From Gemmatimonadaceae bacterium (GTDB taxonomy: Bacteria > Gemmatimonadota > Gemmatimonadetes > Gemmatimonadales > Gemmatimonadaceae): DNA of 24,407 bases. This document shows positions 1 through 9,258 of the stretch, piece after piece (position 1 is the first letter of the stretch; every line of letters begins with the position of its first letter). The position numbers and the translations under genes were made by a program. The notes beneath the pieces were generated by a model that was given only the letters and a program-made list of their open reading frames with translations, searched no databases and was not told the DNA's origin. The stretch spans positions 1 through 24,407 of the forward strand of contig JBGAJQ010000072.1 in assembly GCA_044224875.1 (NCBI GenBank), read 5' to 3'.

Positions 1-342
1 GAGTTCCTCAATGATGTGTCTCGTGGCATCTAATGCGGGCGTTCGGTGCGGATCACCAACGGCGATTGCGACACTCGCCTCGCCGACCGCGAGGTATCCT
101 ACCCGGTGCTCAACGGCAATGCGTGTGGTGCCAAAACGAAAGGCAGCCTCTTCGACGATGCGATTGAGTTCCTTCAGCGCCATCTCGCGGTACGCCGAGT
201 ACTCGATCCCAGTCACACTTCGCCCCTCATTTTCATCGCGAACCACGCCGATGAACACGGAGGCCGCCCCGCATTCGGCGCCCGACACGCTCTTGATCAG
301 GTCCGCGATATCAATCGGCTGATCGGTGATGTTCGCTATCAC
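1..342 (-). CDS. moaE: Molybdopterin synthase catalytic subunit MoaE (3' end runs off the window)
   Basis: Not in the ORF track; translated by hand from GTG at 342 (TAGTG overlap with the moaD stop): MIANITDQPIDIADLIKSVSGAECGAASVFIGVVRDENEGRSVTGIEYSAYREMA...VEHRVGYLAVGEASVAIAVGDPHR...IIEEL. It has the MoaE motifs GA..F.G.VR, EY.AY..MA and HR.G.L..GE. Confidence 0.93.
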   Translation of the reverse strand, partial: MIANITDQPIDIADLIKSVSGAECGAASVFIGVVRDENEGRSVTGIEYSAYREMALKELNRIVEEAAFRFGTTRIAVEHRVGYLAVGEASVAIAVGDPHRTPALDATRHIIEEL

Positions 343-584
343 TAGCCACCGGCAACTGGCGGGATGATTGCGACTTCGTCACCGTCGGATAATGCGAAGT
401 CGAGGGACGCATAACTGGCGTTCACGGCCATCATCGGACTCGGCGGCAGCATCGCAGCCCCGGGGAGCGACCGCACGTGTTGCAGCACGTCTCGCACTGT
501 CAGCCCCACCCCGCCTTGCATAGGCAGTTCATTCGCGCCGAGCGCGTCGGCGTAGGAGGCGAAGAGAAGAACGCGAATCGTCAT
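342..584 (-). CDS. moaD: Molybdopterin synthase sulfur carrier subunit MoaD/ThiS family
   Basis: 80 aa, starts IRVLLFA, ends DGDEVAIIPPVAGG with the C-terminal Gly-Gly; adjacent to moaE. Confidence 0.93.
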   Translation of the reverse strand: MTIRVLLFASYADALGANELPMQGGVGLTVRDVLQHVRSLPGAAMLPPSPMMAVNASYASLDFALSDGDEVAIIPPVAGG

Positions 585-596
585 GGCTCAAGAACC

Positions 597-605
597 AGAA
601 TAACA
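597..605 (-). promoter_or_regulatory. Possible extended -10 promoter (TGtTATTCT) for moaD-moaE
   Basis: Minus strand reads TG-T-TATTCT, 12 nt upstream of the moaD ATG and just downstream of the HU terminator. Confidence 0.4.
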
Positions 606-640
606 CCGAGTCACTCGGGGGTGGAACACAATCGCCGCCA

Positions 641-673
641 ATAAAAGGCTCCGGTGTTCGTAACACCGGAGCC
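641..673 (-). terminator. Rho-independent terminator downstream of the HU/IHF gene
   Basis: Perfect 12-bp stem GGCTCCGGTGTT/AACACCGGAGCC (647-658/662-673) followed on the minus strand by TTTTAT. Confidence 0.85.
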
Positions 674-756
674 AGCAGCGATCGTCCAGCACCCCGACCG
701 TCTCGACGCCATCGCCACTTACGCCAAAGGAGCTGGGTTGACGGGAAGTGGTGATG

Positions 757-1086
757 CTAGTCGTCTGGGTGAAAGCCCTCTGGCAGCGGCTCCAGATCCG
801 CGACCATGGCCCGCAGCTCCTTGGACGGCTTGAATACAGGAACTGGTCGCGCAGAAACCTCTACAGGCGAACCGGTTCGCGGATTCCTCGCCATGCGCGT
901 CTTGCGATGGCGAATCTTGAAGGTCCCAAAGCCACGCACCTCGATGTTTCTCTGCTGCTGGAGGGCTTCCTTGATGGCTTCGAGAAATGAATCGACAACG
1001 CGAGCACAGTCCTTCTTCGAGATCATCGGACCCGCGGTCCGAGAGATCTGTTGCGTAACGCGCTCGACGAGGTCGGCTTTGGTCAT
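757..1086 (-). CDS. HU/IHF-family nucleoid-associated DNA-binding protein
   Basis: Canonical MTKADLVE start at ATG 1086, with IEVRGFGTF, ARNPRTG and PVFKPSKELR motifs. Confidence 0.95.
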   Translation of the reverse strand: MTKADLVERVTQQISRTAGPMISKKDCARVVDSFLEAIKEALQQQRNIEVRGFGTFKIRHRKTRMARNPRTGSPVEVSARPVPVFKPSKELRAMVADLEPLPEGFHPDD

Positions 1087-1134
1087 TGCGTGCCCCGTAA
1101 AAATGCGGTCCAAGACAGCTCGACTTGAGGGTCG

Positions 1135-1163
1135 AACTTAGACCGTTAACTGTTGTGTGTCAA
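1135..1163 (-). promoter_or_regulatory. Sigma70-type promoter for the HU/IHF gene
   Basis: Minus strand TTGACA (1163-1158), 17 nt, TAAGTT (1140-1135), in the carA-HU intergenic region. Confidence 0.75.
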
Positions 1164-1182
1164 GCGTTTGGGCCACTTGCAG

Positions 1183-2295
1183 CTAGGCTGCGTGCACCGC
1201 ATCCATGAATTGCTGGAACAGCGGGCGGGCGTCGTGGGGCCCCGGAGCGGCCTCAGGATGGTATTGGACGCAGAACACGGGGAGCTCCCTGTGGCGGAGT
1301 CCTTCGATCGTTCCGTCGTTCAAATTGACGTGCGTAACCACGAGATCTGGGGCGCCTGGCACCCCCGCCTCCCCTCCCTTAACCGAAAAGCCGTGGTTCT
1401 GGGAAGTAATGAGAACGCGACCCGTCGACAGCTCCCTGACTGGGTGGTTTCCCCCACGGTGCCCGTAGGGGAGCTTCTCCGTCGTTGCGCCGAATGTCAG
1501 GCCGATCAACTGGTGCCCCAGACAGATCCCGAACAGCGGGACTTCAGCGTCTGCGATTTGTCGGATCGACTGCGGGGCATAGCCGACAGCTGCGGGGTCG
1601 CCAGGGCCGTTCGAGAGGAATACGCCGTCAGGCTTTCGCTCCAGCACTGCGGCGGCAGGCGTGTCCGAGGGAACCACGGTCACTCGGCATCCATGTGACT
1701 CGAACAGCCGCAGGATGTTGCGCTTGATGCCGTAGTCGTACGCGACAATGTGTCGAGGGGCAGCGGCGTCGCCCCAGCTGTACTCGTTGCGCGTCGAGAC
1801 CACCGATGCCAAGTCCAGCCCTTCCATGCTGGGACAGGCTTCGAGCTCTGCCTTGGCCAACGGTCCGGGCGCTTCGCCGGTGGCGATGACGCCGCGCATC
1901 ACCCCAGCCGAGCGGAGATGCCGAGTGAGTTGACGAGTGTCTATGTCGTCAATGATCGGGATCCCGGAGGCGCCCAGCCAACTCCCCAGATCGCCATCGG
2001 CCCGCCAGTTCGAATAGCTCCGCGAGAGCTCCCTCACGACGACGCCTGCAATCTGTGGCCTCTCGGACTCCGGATCCTCGTCGTTGACGCCGTAGTTGCC
2101 GATCATGGTCGAGGTCATCACCACGATCTGGCCACGGTAGGAGGGATCGGTAAAGACCTCCTGGTAGCCGGTCATGTTGGTTGTGAAAACGACCTCGGCA
2201 ACCGTCGGTGCGACTTCCTCGCGAAGGCGGCCGCGAAAAAGGGTTCCATCCTCGAGGAGAAGGAACCCTGGCAATCGTACAGCGGGAGGCGTCAC
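1183..2295 (-). CDS. carA: Carbamoyl-phosphate synthase small (glutaminase) subunit
   Basis: [39 protein letters not shown], catalytic GICLGHQ, TSQNHGF and [13 protein letters not shown]. Confidence 0.97.
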   Translation of the reverse strand: MTPPAVRLPGFLLLEDGTLFRGRLREEVAPTVAEVVFTTNMTGYQEVFTDPSYRGQIVVMTSTMIGNYGVNDEDPESERPQIAGVVVRELSRSYSNWRADGDLGSWLGASGIPIIDDIDTRQLTRHLRSAGVMRGVIATGEAPGPLAKAELEACPSMEGLDLASVVSTRNEYSWGDAAAPRHIVAYDYGIKRNILRLFESHGCRVTVVPSDTPAAAVLERKPDGVFLSNGPGDPAAVGYAPQSIRQIADAEVPLFGICLGHQLIGLTFGATTEKLPYGHRGGNHPVRELSTGRVLITSQNHGFSVKGGEAGVPGAPDLVVTHVNLNDGTIEGLRHRELPVFCVQYHPEAAPGPHDARPLFQQFMDAVHAA

Positions 2296-2305
2296 GGCGG
2301 GCTCG

Positions 2306-2704
2306 TTAGGGCTTCTTGGTCGCCGGCGTTGTTGACGGAGCAGCCTCTTTCTCAGCTGGCGCCTTCGTGGCCGGCGTGAGCGGTACCGCGGACCCAGCCG
2401 ACGCAGGCGTCGGAGCCGGGGCCGGTGCGGTTGCAGCTGGCTGGTCCAGAATGGACTTGGGCACGCGACTGCCAGCGTTCATCAGCTGGAGCACGAATGA
2501 CAGGAAGAGGAATGCCCCCCCACCCCACCAACTGACGCGCGTGAGCAGGTTCGTCGCCTGGCGAGTGCCAATAAAGGCGTCCGACGCGGTGGTAGCCCCA
2601 CCAAAACTGGATGCGAGTCCCCCGCCCTTGGCGGCCTGCAACAGGATCGCGATCATCACGATCAGGGCGTCGAGGATCAGCAGAATCAGCAGAAACGTGT
2701 ACAT
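2306..2704 (-). CDS. secG: Preprotein translocase subunit SecG
   Basis: Two hydrophobic segments flanking [17 protein letters not shown] and NLLTR; Pro/Ala-rich tail; conserved tpiA-secG order. Confidence 0.93.
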   Translation of the reverse strand: MYTFLLILLILDALIVMIAILLQAAKGGGLASSFGGATTASDAFIGTRQATNLLTRVSWWGGGAFLFLSFVLQLMNAGSRVPKSILDQPAATAPAPAPTPASAGSAVPLTPATKAPAEKEAAPSTTPATKKP

Positions 2705-2772
2705 GCGGCGTGCTCAGTCCTTTGGTCGGCGAAAGCGAAGCAGAGAAATATCGCCGGGGGCGGAAAGCGAAA

Positions 2773-3443
2773 TCAAGCGCGAACGATGGACGACCACCCC
2801 TCTGCGTCGAGGGATACAGGATCGGGAGGGCGCTTCCCTTGTCACCCGCGATCGATCGCAGGGCTTGGCGGAGCACCAAGTGCACCGTGCTCGCGTCCTC
2901 TGGCGTGGCCGTCTTCCCTGTCCCGATCGCCCACACGGGCTCGTAGGCCACCAGCATGTTGCCGACGGCCTGCGGCGCCACATCGGCGAGTCCTGCGCGC
3001 AGCTGCCGCAGAACGACTGACTCCGTCTCGCCGCGCTCTCGCTCCTCGAGCTTTTCACCAACGCAAAGCACCGGGATCAGTCCAGCTCGAACAGCCGCGG
3101 CGACCTTCTTTCCGCTTTCAGCATCCGTTTCTCCGAACACGTGCCGTCGTTCGGAATGCCCGACTAGCGCCATGGTGGCGCCGGCATCGCGCGCGATGGG
3201 AGCAGACAACTCGCCGGTGAACGCTCCCTTGTCCTCCCAATGGATGTTCTGGACGCCGACCAAGATGTCCGGACGGTCCTTCACCGCGGAGAGCACGGTC
3301 GTCAGCGTGATCGCTGGTGGGAAGAAAACGACCTTGCGGTCCGGGCGCCGGGCGTAGTGCGCCAGGAAGGTGCGCAGAAACTCGCGGGCATCCGACGGCC
3401 CGTGGTTCATCTTCCAGTTGGCGGCGAATACGGGGCGGTGCAT
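2773..3443 (-). pseudogene. tpiA: Triosephosphate isomerase with an internal frameshifting deletion (as assembled)
   Basis: AANWKMN, GAFTGE, GHSERR and YEPVWAIGTG are intact up to ...PILY (2814). The YGGSV...DGLLVGGA segment is absent, and the native tail SLDAEGWSSIVRA* continues in a shifted frame (2814-2773). Confidence 0.85.
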
Positions 3444-3445
3444 GG

Positions 3446-4642
3446 CTAGCGATCGTCGAGAGCTGCAACACCCGGGAGTACCTTCCCTTCCAGGAACTCC
3501 AGTGACGCGCCGCCGCCCGTCGATACGTGACTCATGGCGTGTTCCAGCCCGGCATCGGCAACCGCCGCGGCCGAATCGCCCCCTCCAACGATCGTCGTGG
3601 CCCCCTGGGACGTTGCCTGTGCCATGGCCTTGGCAACACTGATGGTGCCGGCGTTGAATGGCGGGGTCTCGAACACCCCCATGGGTCCATTCCAGAGTAC
3701 CGTCTTCGCCGAGAGGATCGCGCGCGTGTACGAGGCCATGGAGTCGCTGCCGATATCGTACATCGCCTCATTGGCGGGAATAGCGTCGCGCTTGACCTCA
3801 TGTGCGGCGCCAGCCGCCTCCAGGGATGGGGCAACGACGGCATCGTGCGGAAGCGTTAGGCGGAATCCGGCGCGATTCAGCAGGTTGCGCGCCAGGTCAA
3901 CGCGATCCGGCTCCACCAACGACAGCCCGACCTCCAGCTTCATCGCGCGATAGAACGTGCAGGCCATGGCGCCGCCGATCAGCAGGCCGTCCACCTTGGG
4001 CAAAAGCGCTTCGATGACGTCGATCTTTCCCGAGACCTTGGCGCCGCCAAGGATGGCAATGAAGGGACGCTGCGGATTCGCCACCGCATTACCCAGGTAG
4101 TCGAGCTCCTTCTCCATCAGGAAGCCAGCGATCGCCGGCTTGAGGAACGCGGTGACACCAGCGGTCGATGAGTGCGCGCGATGCGCGGACCCAAAGGCGT
4201 CATTGACGTAGAAATCGCCTAACGCCGCGAATGACTTGGACAGCGCCTCGTCGTTCTTTTCCTCTCCAGGATGAAACCGGGTATTCTCGAGCAGCAACAC
4301 GGCCCCATCGGGGAGGGCCTTGGTCGCTTGCACGGCCGCCTCATCGGCCGATGACGCCTGGAACGACACCGGATACCTGGTCAACTCGGAAAGCCGCTTG
4401 GCCGCCGGCGCCGTCGAGTACTTCGGGTCTGGGCCGCCCTTTGGCCGGCCAAGGTGCGTGAAGAGCACCACCTTGGCACCGCGGGCAGCCAGATACTCGA
4501 TCGTTGGGAGGGCGGCGCGAATCCGCGTGTCGTCCGTGACATTGCCGGCCGAATCCAGCGGGACATTGAAGTCCACACGCGTGAGCGCGCGTTTCCCCTT
4601 GATGAAGTCGTCGGGAAGGTCCTTGAGCGTCTTCTTGTTCAT
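3446..4642 (-). CDS. pgk: Phosphoglycerate kinase
   Basis: [50 protein letters not shown] and [15 protein letters not shown]; start MNKKT at ATG 4642. Confidence 0.98.
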   Translation of the reverse strand: MNKKTLKDLPDDFIKGKRALTRVDFNVPLDSAGNVTDDTRIRAALPTIEYLAARGAKVVLFTHLGRPKGGPDPKYSTAPAAKRLSELTRYPVSFQASSADEAAVQATKALPDGAVLLLENTRFHPGEEKNDEALSKSFAALGDFYVNDAFGSAHRAHSSTAGVTAFLKPAIAGFLMEKELDYLGNAVANPQRPFIAILGGAKVSGKIDVIEALLPKVDGLLIGGAMACTFYRAMKLEVGLSLVEPDRVDLARNLLNRAGFRLTLPHDAVVAPSLEAAGAAHEVKRDAIPANEAMYDIGSDSMASYTRAILSAKTVLWNGPMGVFETPPFNAGTISVAKAMAQATSQGATTIVGGGDSAAAVADAGLEHAMSHVSTGGGASLEFLEGKVLPGVAALDDR

Positions 4643-4668
4643 GACGGGCTTGGCGATGTGAAGGCAGG

Positions 4669-4709
4669 TCGCCACCCGGCGGCCACTCGATGCGGCCGCC
4701 GGGTGGCGA
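4669..4709. repeat. Perfect 16-bp GC-rich inverted repeat between gap and pgk
   Basis: TCGCCACCCGGCGGCC (4669-4684), 9-nt loop, GGCCGCCGGGTGGCGA (4694-4709); no U-tract on either side. Confidence 0.85.
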
Positions 4710-4714
4710 TGGCG

Positions 4715-5722
4715 TTACATCTTGGATGCCATGTAGGCGATGAGGTCCACGCAGCGGGACGCGTAGCCCCACTCATTGTCGTACCAGCCGCTCACCTTCA
4801 CCATCGTTCCGTCAATCACGTTCGTGTTCTTGGCGTCGAGGATGCAGGAATGCGGATTTCCGATGTAGTCGGACGAGACCAGCTCCTCGTCGGTGACCGC
4901 CAGCACGCCCTTCATGGGGCCCGCCGCGGCCGCGCGCATCGCCGCGTTGATCGCGTCGATCGTCGTGGCGCGTTCGACCTCGACCGTCAGCTCCGTCAGT
5001 GACACGTCCGGCGTCGGAACGCGGATGGCGATGCCATCGATCTTGCCCTTCACTTCCGGGATGACGAGCGCGGTGGCTTTCGCTGCGCCAGTCGTCGTCG
5101 GGATGATCGACAGGGCGGCCGCGCGGGCACGGCGCAGGTCCTTGTGCGGAAGGTCCAGAATCTGCTGGTCGTTGGTATAGCTGTGAATCGTGACCATCGA
5201 GGCGTGCTTCAACCCGGCCGCGTCACGAATCACCTTGACCATCGGAACCAGGCAGTTCGTCGTGCACGATGCATTGGAGACGATGTGATGCTTCGAGCTG
5301 TCGTACTTGTCGTGGTTCACACCCATGACAATGGTGATGTCCTCGCCCTTGGCTGGCGCCGAAATGATCACCTTCTTCGCACCACCGTCGATGTGCTTCT
5401 TGGCGTCCGGTGCGTTGGTGAACTTGCCGGTCGACTCCAGCACGATGTCCACGCCAAGGTCCTTCCACGGCAGGGCCGCCGGATCCTTTTGCGCAAAGAT
5501 CTTGATCGTGTCGCCGTCGATCGTGATGGAATCCGCGGCCGCGCTCACGCTGCCTTTGTACGTCCGATGCACCGAGTCGTACTTGAACAGATGCGCAAGG
5601 GTCTTGGTGTCTGTGAGGTCGTTGACGGCAATGAAGTCGATGCCGAGCTTCGCTTCCTTCGCAGCGCGGACGACCTGTCGGCCAATGCGGCCGAACCCGT
5701 TGATGCCCACTCGAATGGCCAT
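4715..5722 (-). CDS. gap: Type I glyceraldehyde-3-phosphate dehydrogenase
   Basis: [15 protein letters not shown], active-site [16 protein letters not shown] and [15 protein letters not shown] upstream of ATG 5722. Confidence 0.98.
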   Translation of the reverse strand: MAIRVGINGFGRIGRQVVRAAKEAKLGIDFIAVNDLTDTKTLAHLFKYDSVHRTYKGSVSAAADSITIDGDTIKIFAQKDPAALPWKDLGVDIVLESTGKFTNAPDAKKHIDGGAKKVIISAPAKGEDITIVMGVNHDKYDSSKHHIVSNASCTTNCLVPMVKVIRDAAGLKHASMVTIHSYTNDQQILDLPHKDLRRARAAALSIIPTTTGAAKATALVIPEVKGKIDGIAIRVPTPDVSLTELTVEVERATTIDAINAAMRAAAAGPMKGVLAVTDEELVSSDYIGNPHSCILDAKNTNVIDGTMVKVSGWYDNEWGYASRCVDLIAYMASKM

Positions 5723-5738
5723 GGAGCGTTGTTCCTCG

Positions 5739-6494
5739 TTATGTGGGGACGTCGCTGAGAGACCGCGCCCGCCCGAACGTGACGTAACTGATTGCGCGAA
5801 TACCGCCGTCAAAGAGTGCGGCCGCACAAGCGTTGAGAGTTGCACTCGTGGTGATCACGTCATCCACAAGGATCACATGTGATCCACGCAACGACGCAGG
5901 CACGCCAGCAACTCGAAAGGCGTTGGCAACGTTGTGCAAACGGTCCTCCGGTGTCAACTGAGCCTGTGCGCGCGTGTTCTGTGTCCGGGAAAGGAGCGCA
6001 TGAATGACAGGCAACCCCCACTGTTGCGCGAGGGCATCGGCGAGTATTTGGCTCTGGTTGTAGCCGCGTTCCCGCAATCGTGTACGGGAAAGTGGCACCG
6101 GGATGAGGCCACGACATTCGGCTGCGATATCACCGGGCAGGTCGACGCGCGCCATCCGTTGGGCAATCTCGGCGCCCAAGCGATGCCACCCATCGTATTT
6201 GAAGGCGTGCACGATTGGACCCGCCGTGCCGTCCGGCATCCAACACACAGATCTTACCGCGCCGACGTATGGCGGAAGCAGCGGACAAAACAGGCACCGA
6301 TCTGCTAGGCCCGGATGACCGCAGCGCTCGCATCGCGGGTTCGGGAGCGCTTGAAGACGCGACCAGCACAGTCCGCAGACTATCTCGCTTGCGCGCGGCG
6401 GCAGCGGGCTTTCGCAGACCGCGCACACCGGCGGCAGCAAGGTTTCGATGACGCTACGCGCGATCTGCTGCCACCGCGGATGTTCCAAGGCCAT
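5739..6494 (-). CDS. comF: ComF family protein (double zinc ribbon plus PRTase-like domain)
   Basis: Four CxxC pairs, [17 protein letters not shown] and [13 protein letters not shown]-binding motif. Confidence 0.92.
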   Translation of the reverse strand: MALEHPRWQQIARSVIETLLPPVCAVCESPLPPRASEIVCGLCWSRLQALPNPRCERCGHPGLADRCLFCPLLPPYVGAVRSVCWMPDGTAGPIVHAFKYDGWHRLGAEIAQRMARVDLPGDIAAECRGLIPVPLSRTRLRERGYNQSQILADALAQQWGLPVIHALLSRTQNTRAQAQLTPEDRLHNVANAFRVAGVPASLRGSHVILVDDVITTSATLNACAAALFDGGIRAISYVTFGRARSLSDVPT

Positions 6495-6527
6495 GGCATG
6501 CTGAGGTGACGGGCTACATCCGGACCA

Positions 6528-7343
6528 CTACCGCGCGGCCCGACGGAGGGCATCCCACATCGCGTTTCGGTCCGGTTCCTGCTGGAACCAGCGCTGGAAC
6601 GCCGCGACCCCTTGCTCCAGGAGCATAACGAGTCCGTCCACCGCGGGATGCCCTGCAGCTCGCGCGGCAAGAACCCAAGGAGTCTCGCCGCGACGATACA
6701 CCAGGTCCGTCACACCTGTGTCACGTCGCATGACTTCGATCGGCAAGGGAAACTCGTCGTCACGCAGGCCAACCGGTGTCGCGTTCACCACCAGATCGGC
6801 GTCGGCCGCGGCCTGCGCGGGGTCCGCCACTATCGTTGCGATGCTGGCATATCGACGCGCCAGCCGTTCGGCGGACGCCCGCGATCGACTGGCGATGCGC
6901 ACGTGCGCGCCCGTCCAGCCGTGGATCGCCTCACATACCGCGGCGGCCGCACCGCCCGCGCCCAGCAGCAACACCCTTCTCGGGGGATGCGGCAAGGCAA
7001 GGGTCGCGACCAGCCGGTCGAATCCAACCACGTCCGTGTTGTCACCGACCAACTGCCCCTCGGAGACCCAGAACGTATTGACCGCGCCGGTCCGTTCGGC
7101 GGTTGGCGTTAGGCGATCGCAGAACGCGGCCACTGCCTGCTTGTGCGGAATGGTGACGTTCCCTGCCCCACTGTTCGATCGCAGGACCTCGAGCACGGCA
7201 GATAGGTCCGACGGGGCAACATCAAGCGCCTCGTACACGAGCGGGATGCCAGCCGCCTGCAAGGCCGCCTGTTGAAACGTCGGCGACAGCGAGTGCGCAA
7301 CCGGGTGGCCCAACAGGACCAGTCGCCCCGGGCGATGGTTCAC
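6528..7343 (-). CDS. aroE: Shikimate dehydrogenase
   Basis: GHPVAHSLSP, NVTIPHK, GAVNT, GDNTD, LGAGGAA, NATPVG, DLVY and DGLVMLLEQG. Confidence 0.95.
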   Translation of the reverse strand: MNHRPGRLVLLGHPVAHSLSPTFQQAALQAAGIPLVYEALDVAPSDLSAVLEVLRSNSGAGNVTIPHKQAVAAFCDRLTPTAERTGAVNTFWVSEGQLVGDNTDVVGFDRLVATLALPHPPRRVLLLGAGGAAAAVCEAIHGWTGAHVRIASRSRASAERLARRYASIATIVADPAQAAADADLVVNATPVGLRDDEFPLPIEVMRRDTGVTDLVYRRGETPWVLAARAAGHPAVDGLVMLLEQGVAAFQRWFQQEPDRNAMWDALRRAAR

Positions 7344-7810
7344 GGCTGCTGAGGTGCTCGCTGCGCGACGAGACGATCGAAGACGCGTCGGATTTCGCGT
7401 TCGAGGTCACGGAACGTCGTGCGATACGCCTCGAGATCGCCACCGAACGGGTCGGGCACGGCAGTGGAGCGCTCTCCGGCGCTGGCAAACGACGAGAGCA
7501 GGTGCGACTTTCGCAGGCCGCCTAACGCCTCGACCCGTTCCAGGTGATGCGGGCCCATGGCGAGGATCAGGTCGGAAGATGCCACCAGATCGGGGGACAA
7601 CTGCTTGGCACGGTGCGCTGACAGGTCGAGGCCACGCTCCAGCGCCACGAGTAACGCGCCATCAGACGCCGGCGCACCATCCCACGCGCTGGTACCGGCG
7701 CTGTCCACATCGACCTCACCCAAACCGCGCTCGATGGCTTCGCGCCGCGCGATCCCTTCGGCGAGAGGTGAGCGACAGGTGTTGCCAGTGCAGATAAAGA
7801 GCAGGCGCAC
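7340..7810 (-). CDS. Low-molecular-weight protein phosphatase, YwlE-like (probable protein-arginine phosphatase)
   Basis: P-loop FICTGNTCRSPLAE, SAGT, DLILAM and general-acid loop VPDPFGG. Start placed at GTG 7810, 1 nt after the tsaC stop, rather than the track's 7999. Confidence 0.9.
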   Translation of the reverse strand: MRLLFICTGNTCRSPLAEGIARREAIERGLGEVDVDSAGTSAWDGAPASDGALLVALERGLDLSAHRAKQLSPDLVASSDLILAMGPHHLERVEALGGLRKSHLLSSFASAGERSTAVPDPFGGDLEAYRTTFRDLEREIRRVFDRLVAQRAPQQP

Positions 7811-7811
7811 G

Positions 7812-8474
7812 CTATTGATCCCCAACGAGTTCCGGAACACTCTCGCGAAGCACTGCGGCGGGAATGGCGCCGGGACGAACAACCCGCGCGCCACGGCCCG
7901 TGCAGTCCACGACGGTGGATGGAGGTGACGCCTCGAGTTGGCCACCGTCAAGCACTCGCAAGATCCCGCGGCCGATCGCGTCGCTCCACTGCTGCACAAT
8001 CTCGGACGCGGTCATCGCTGGTGGAAGCCCTGGACGATTCGCGCTCGTGGACGTGATCGGATCGCCATAAGCCGCGATCAACCGCTGCAACCCCGGATGC
8101 GAGGTCCACCGCACGGCCACGCCGCCTTCAGGGCCGCGTAGTCGCTTGGGCACGCGGTGCTCTCCGCCAGGGAGCACAAGGGTCAGCGGTCCCGGCCAGT
8201 GGCGAGCCGCGAGGCGGGCGGCAGCGCTCGGCAGGTGCAATCCGAGCCGACCCAGCATGGCACTGTCCGCGATCAACAAGAGAAACGGCTTCGCTGGCGG
8301 GCGGGTCTTGAGCGAGACCAGACTCTCCACGGCATCAAAATCCACGGCGCCGCCAAATCCGTACACCGTTTCCGTTGGATACGCCAACACACGACCGGCC
8401 TGCAGATGCGCAATGGTCCCCGAAAGCGATGCCTCGATCTCAGCTGGCGACCAGAAGGGAATGGAGAGCGACAT
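7812..8474 (-). CDS. tsaC: L-threonylcarbamoyladenylate synthase (single-domain TsaC/YrdC, no Sua5 C-terminal domain)
   Basis: AYPTETVYG, KxR (KTR), WPGPLTLVL, TSTSAN and PSTVVD; 220 aa. Confidence 0.93.
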   Translation of the reverse strand: MSLSIPFWSPAEIEASLSGTIAHLQAGRVLAYPTETVYGFGGAVDFDAVESLVSLKTRPPAKPFLLLIADSAMLGRLGLHLPSAAARLAARHWPGPLTLVLPGGEHRVPKRLRGPEGGVAVRWTSHPGLQRLIAAYGDPITSTSANRPGLPPAMTASEIVQQWSDAIGRGILRVLDGGQLEASPPSTVVDCTGRGARVVRPGAIPAAVLRESVPELVGDQ

Positions 8475-8475
8475 G

Positions 8476-9258
8476 CTATTCGTCGATGGTGGCTAAGCGC
8501 TCGGCGCGTGCGAAGTCCTGCTCCTCGGTGACCTTCATGGCGCGCTCACTGCCACGGACGACGCGCACCGTCAGCCCCAATCGCTCGCAGAGCGCCGCAT
8601 CATCCGTTGCCGAGAGCTGCTGTTGCAGGGCGTCTTGATACGCGCGTTCGATCATGGCGCGCGGAAAGGCTTGAGGCGCTTGTGTGCGCCAAAGACGCGT
8701 TCGATCGACCGTGCGCTGGATGGTCCCCGATTCGTCCACCTCTTTCAACGTATCGATCACCGGGAGCGCAGCGACTGCGCCGTGGCCACGACGAGCTTCG
8801 GCAATGACGGCCTCGATCGTCGCGTCGCTCACCAACGGGCGCGCCGCATCATGCACCACGACGATCTCAACCTCTTCGGGCAGGTCCTCGATCCCGCTCC
8901 ACACCGAATCTCCCCGTTCACGTCCGCCAACGGACACGAGAAGACGATCCACATCGCACTGAAAGATCCAGGGTGGCGGATCACCGGCGAATGCCTTCGG
9001 CAGCACGGCGACAACAAGCGCCACATCGGCGCGACGATGGAAGGCTTGAATACTGTGAAGCAGCATGGGCTTGCCGGCTACCCAACGGAATTGCTTGAGC
9101 TCCCGTGCTTCACCGGCGGCACGGGTGCCGCTGCCAGCCGCAACTATCACCACGCCGACATCCGGGGGCGTCGTGGGTTCATGTCGCAACTCAGGCGGCG
9201 TCGTTTGTCGGGCGAGGTGACCGGGTGCCCGCGCATCGGGGCCTGGTTGGCCCGTCAT
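8476..9258 (-). CDS. ispD: 2-C-methyl-D-erythritol 4-phosphate cytidylyltransferase
   Basis: IVAAGSGTR...KQF, GG.ERGDSV, VHDAARP, DTLKEV, QAPQAF, TDD and KVT; ATGA overlap with the radA stop. The true start may lie slightly downstream. Confidence 0.93.
   Translation of the reverse strand: MTGQPGPDARAPGHLARQTTPPELRHEPTTPPDVGVVIVAAGSGTRAAGEARELKQFRWVAGKPMLLHSIQAFHRRADVALVVAVLPKAFAGDPPPWIFQCDVDRLLVSVGGRERGDSVWSGIEDLPEEVEIVVVHDAARPLVSDATIEAVIAEARRGHGAVAALPVIDTLKEVDESGTIQRTVDRTRLWRTQAPQAFPRAMIERAYQDALQQQLSATDDAALCERLGLTVRVVRGSERAMKVTEEQDFARAERLATIDE

Noticed and set aside
11..345. Plus-strand ORFs of 103 and 99 aa
   Set aside because: Antisense shadows of moaE, which occupies the minus strand and was missed by the track because it has no stop in the window.
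585..759. Amber read-through of HU (TAG followed by a stem-loop and a CAT CAC CAC open frame)
   Set aside because: No pyrrolysine machinery is visible, the extension would run through the terminator, and TAG is an ordinary stop for several genes here.
2714..3061. 115-aa minus-strand ORF as an alternative tpiA C-terminal half
   Set aside because: No TIM motifs; the true tail is the short SLDAEGWSSIVRA* in the third frame.
2352..3443. 363-aa ORF read as a TIM with a novel C-terminal domain or a TIM-SecG fusion
   Set aside because: The extension is out-of-frame read-through after the deletion; it is not in the secG frame and has no domain-like character.
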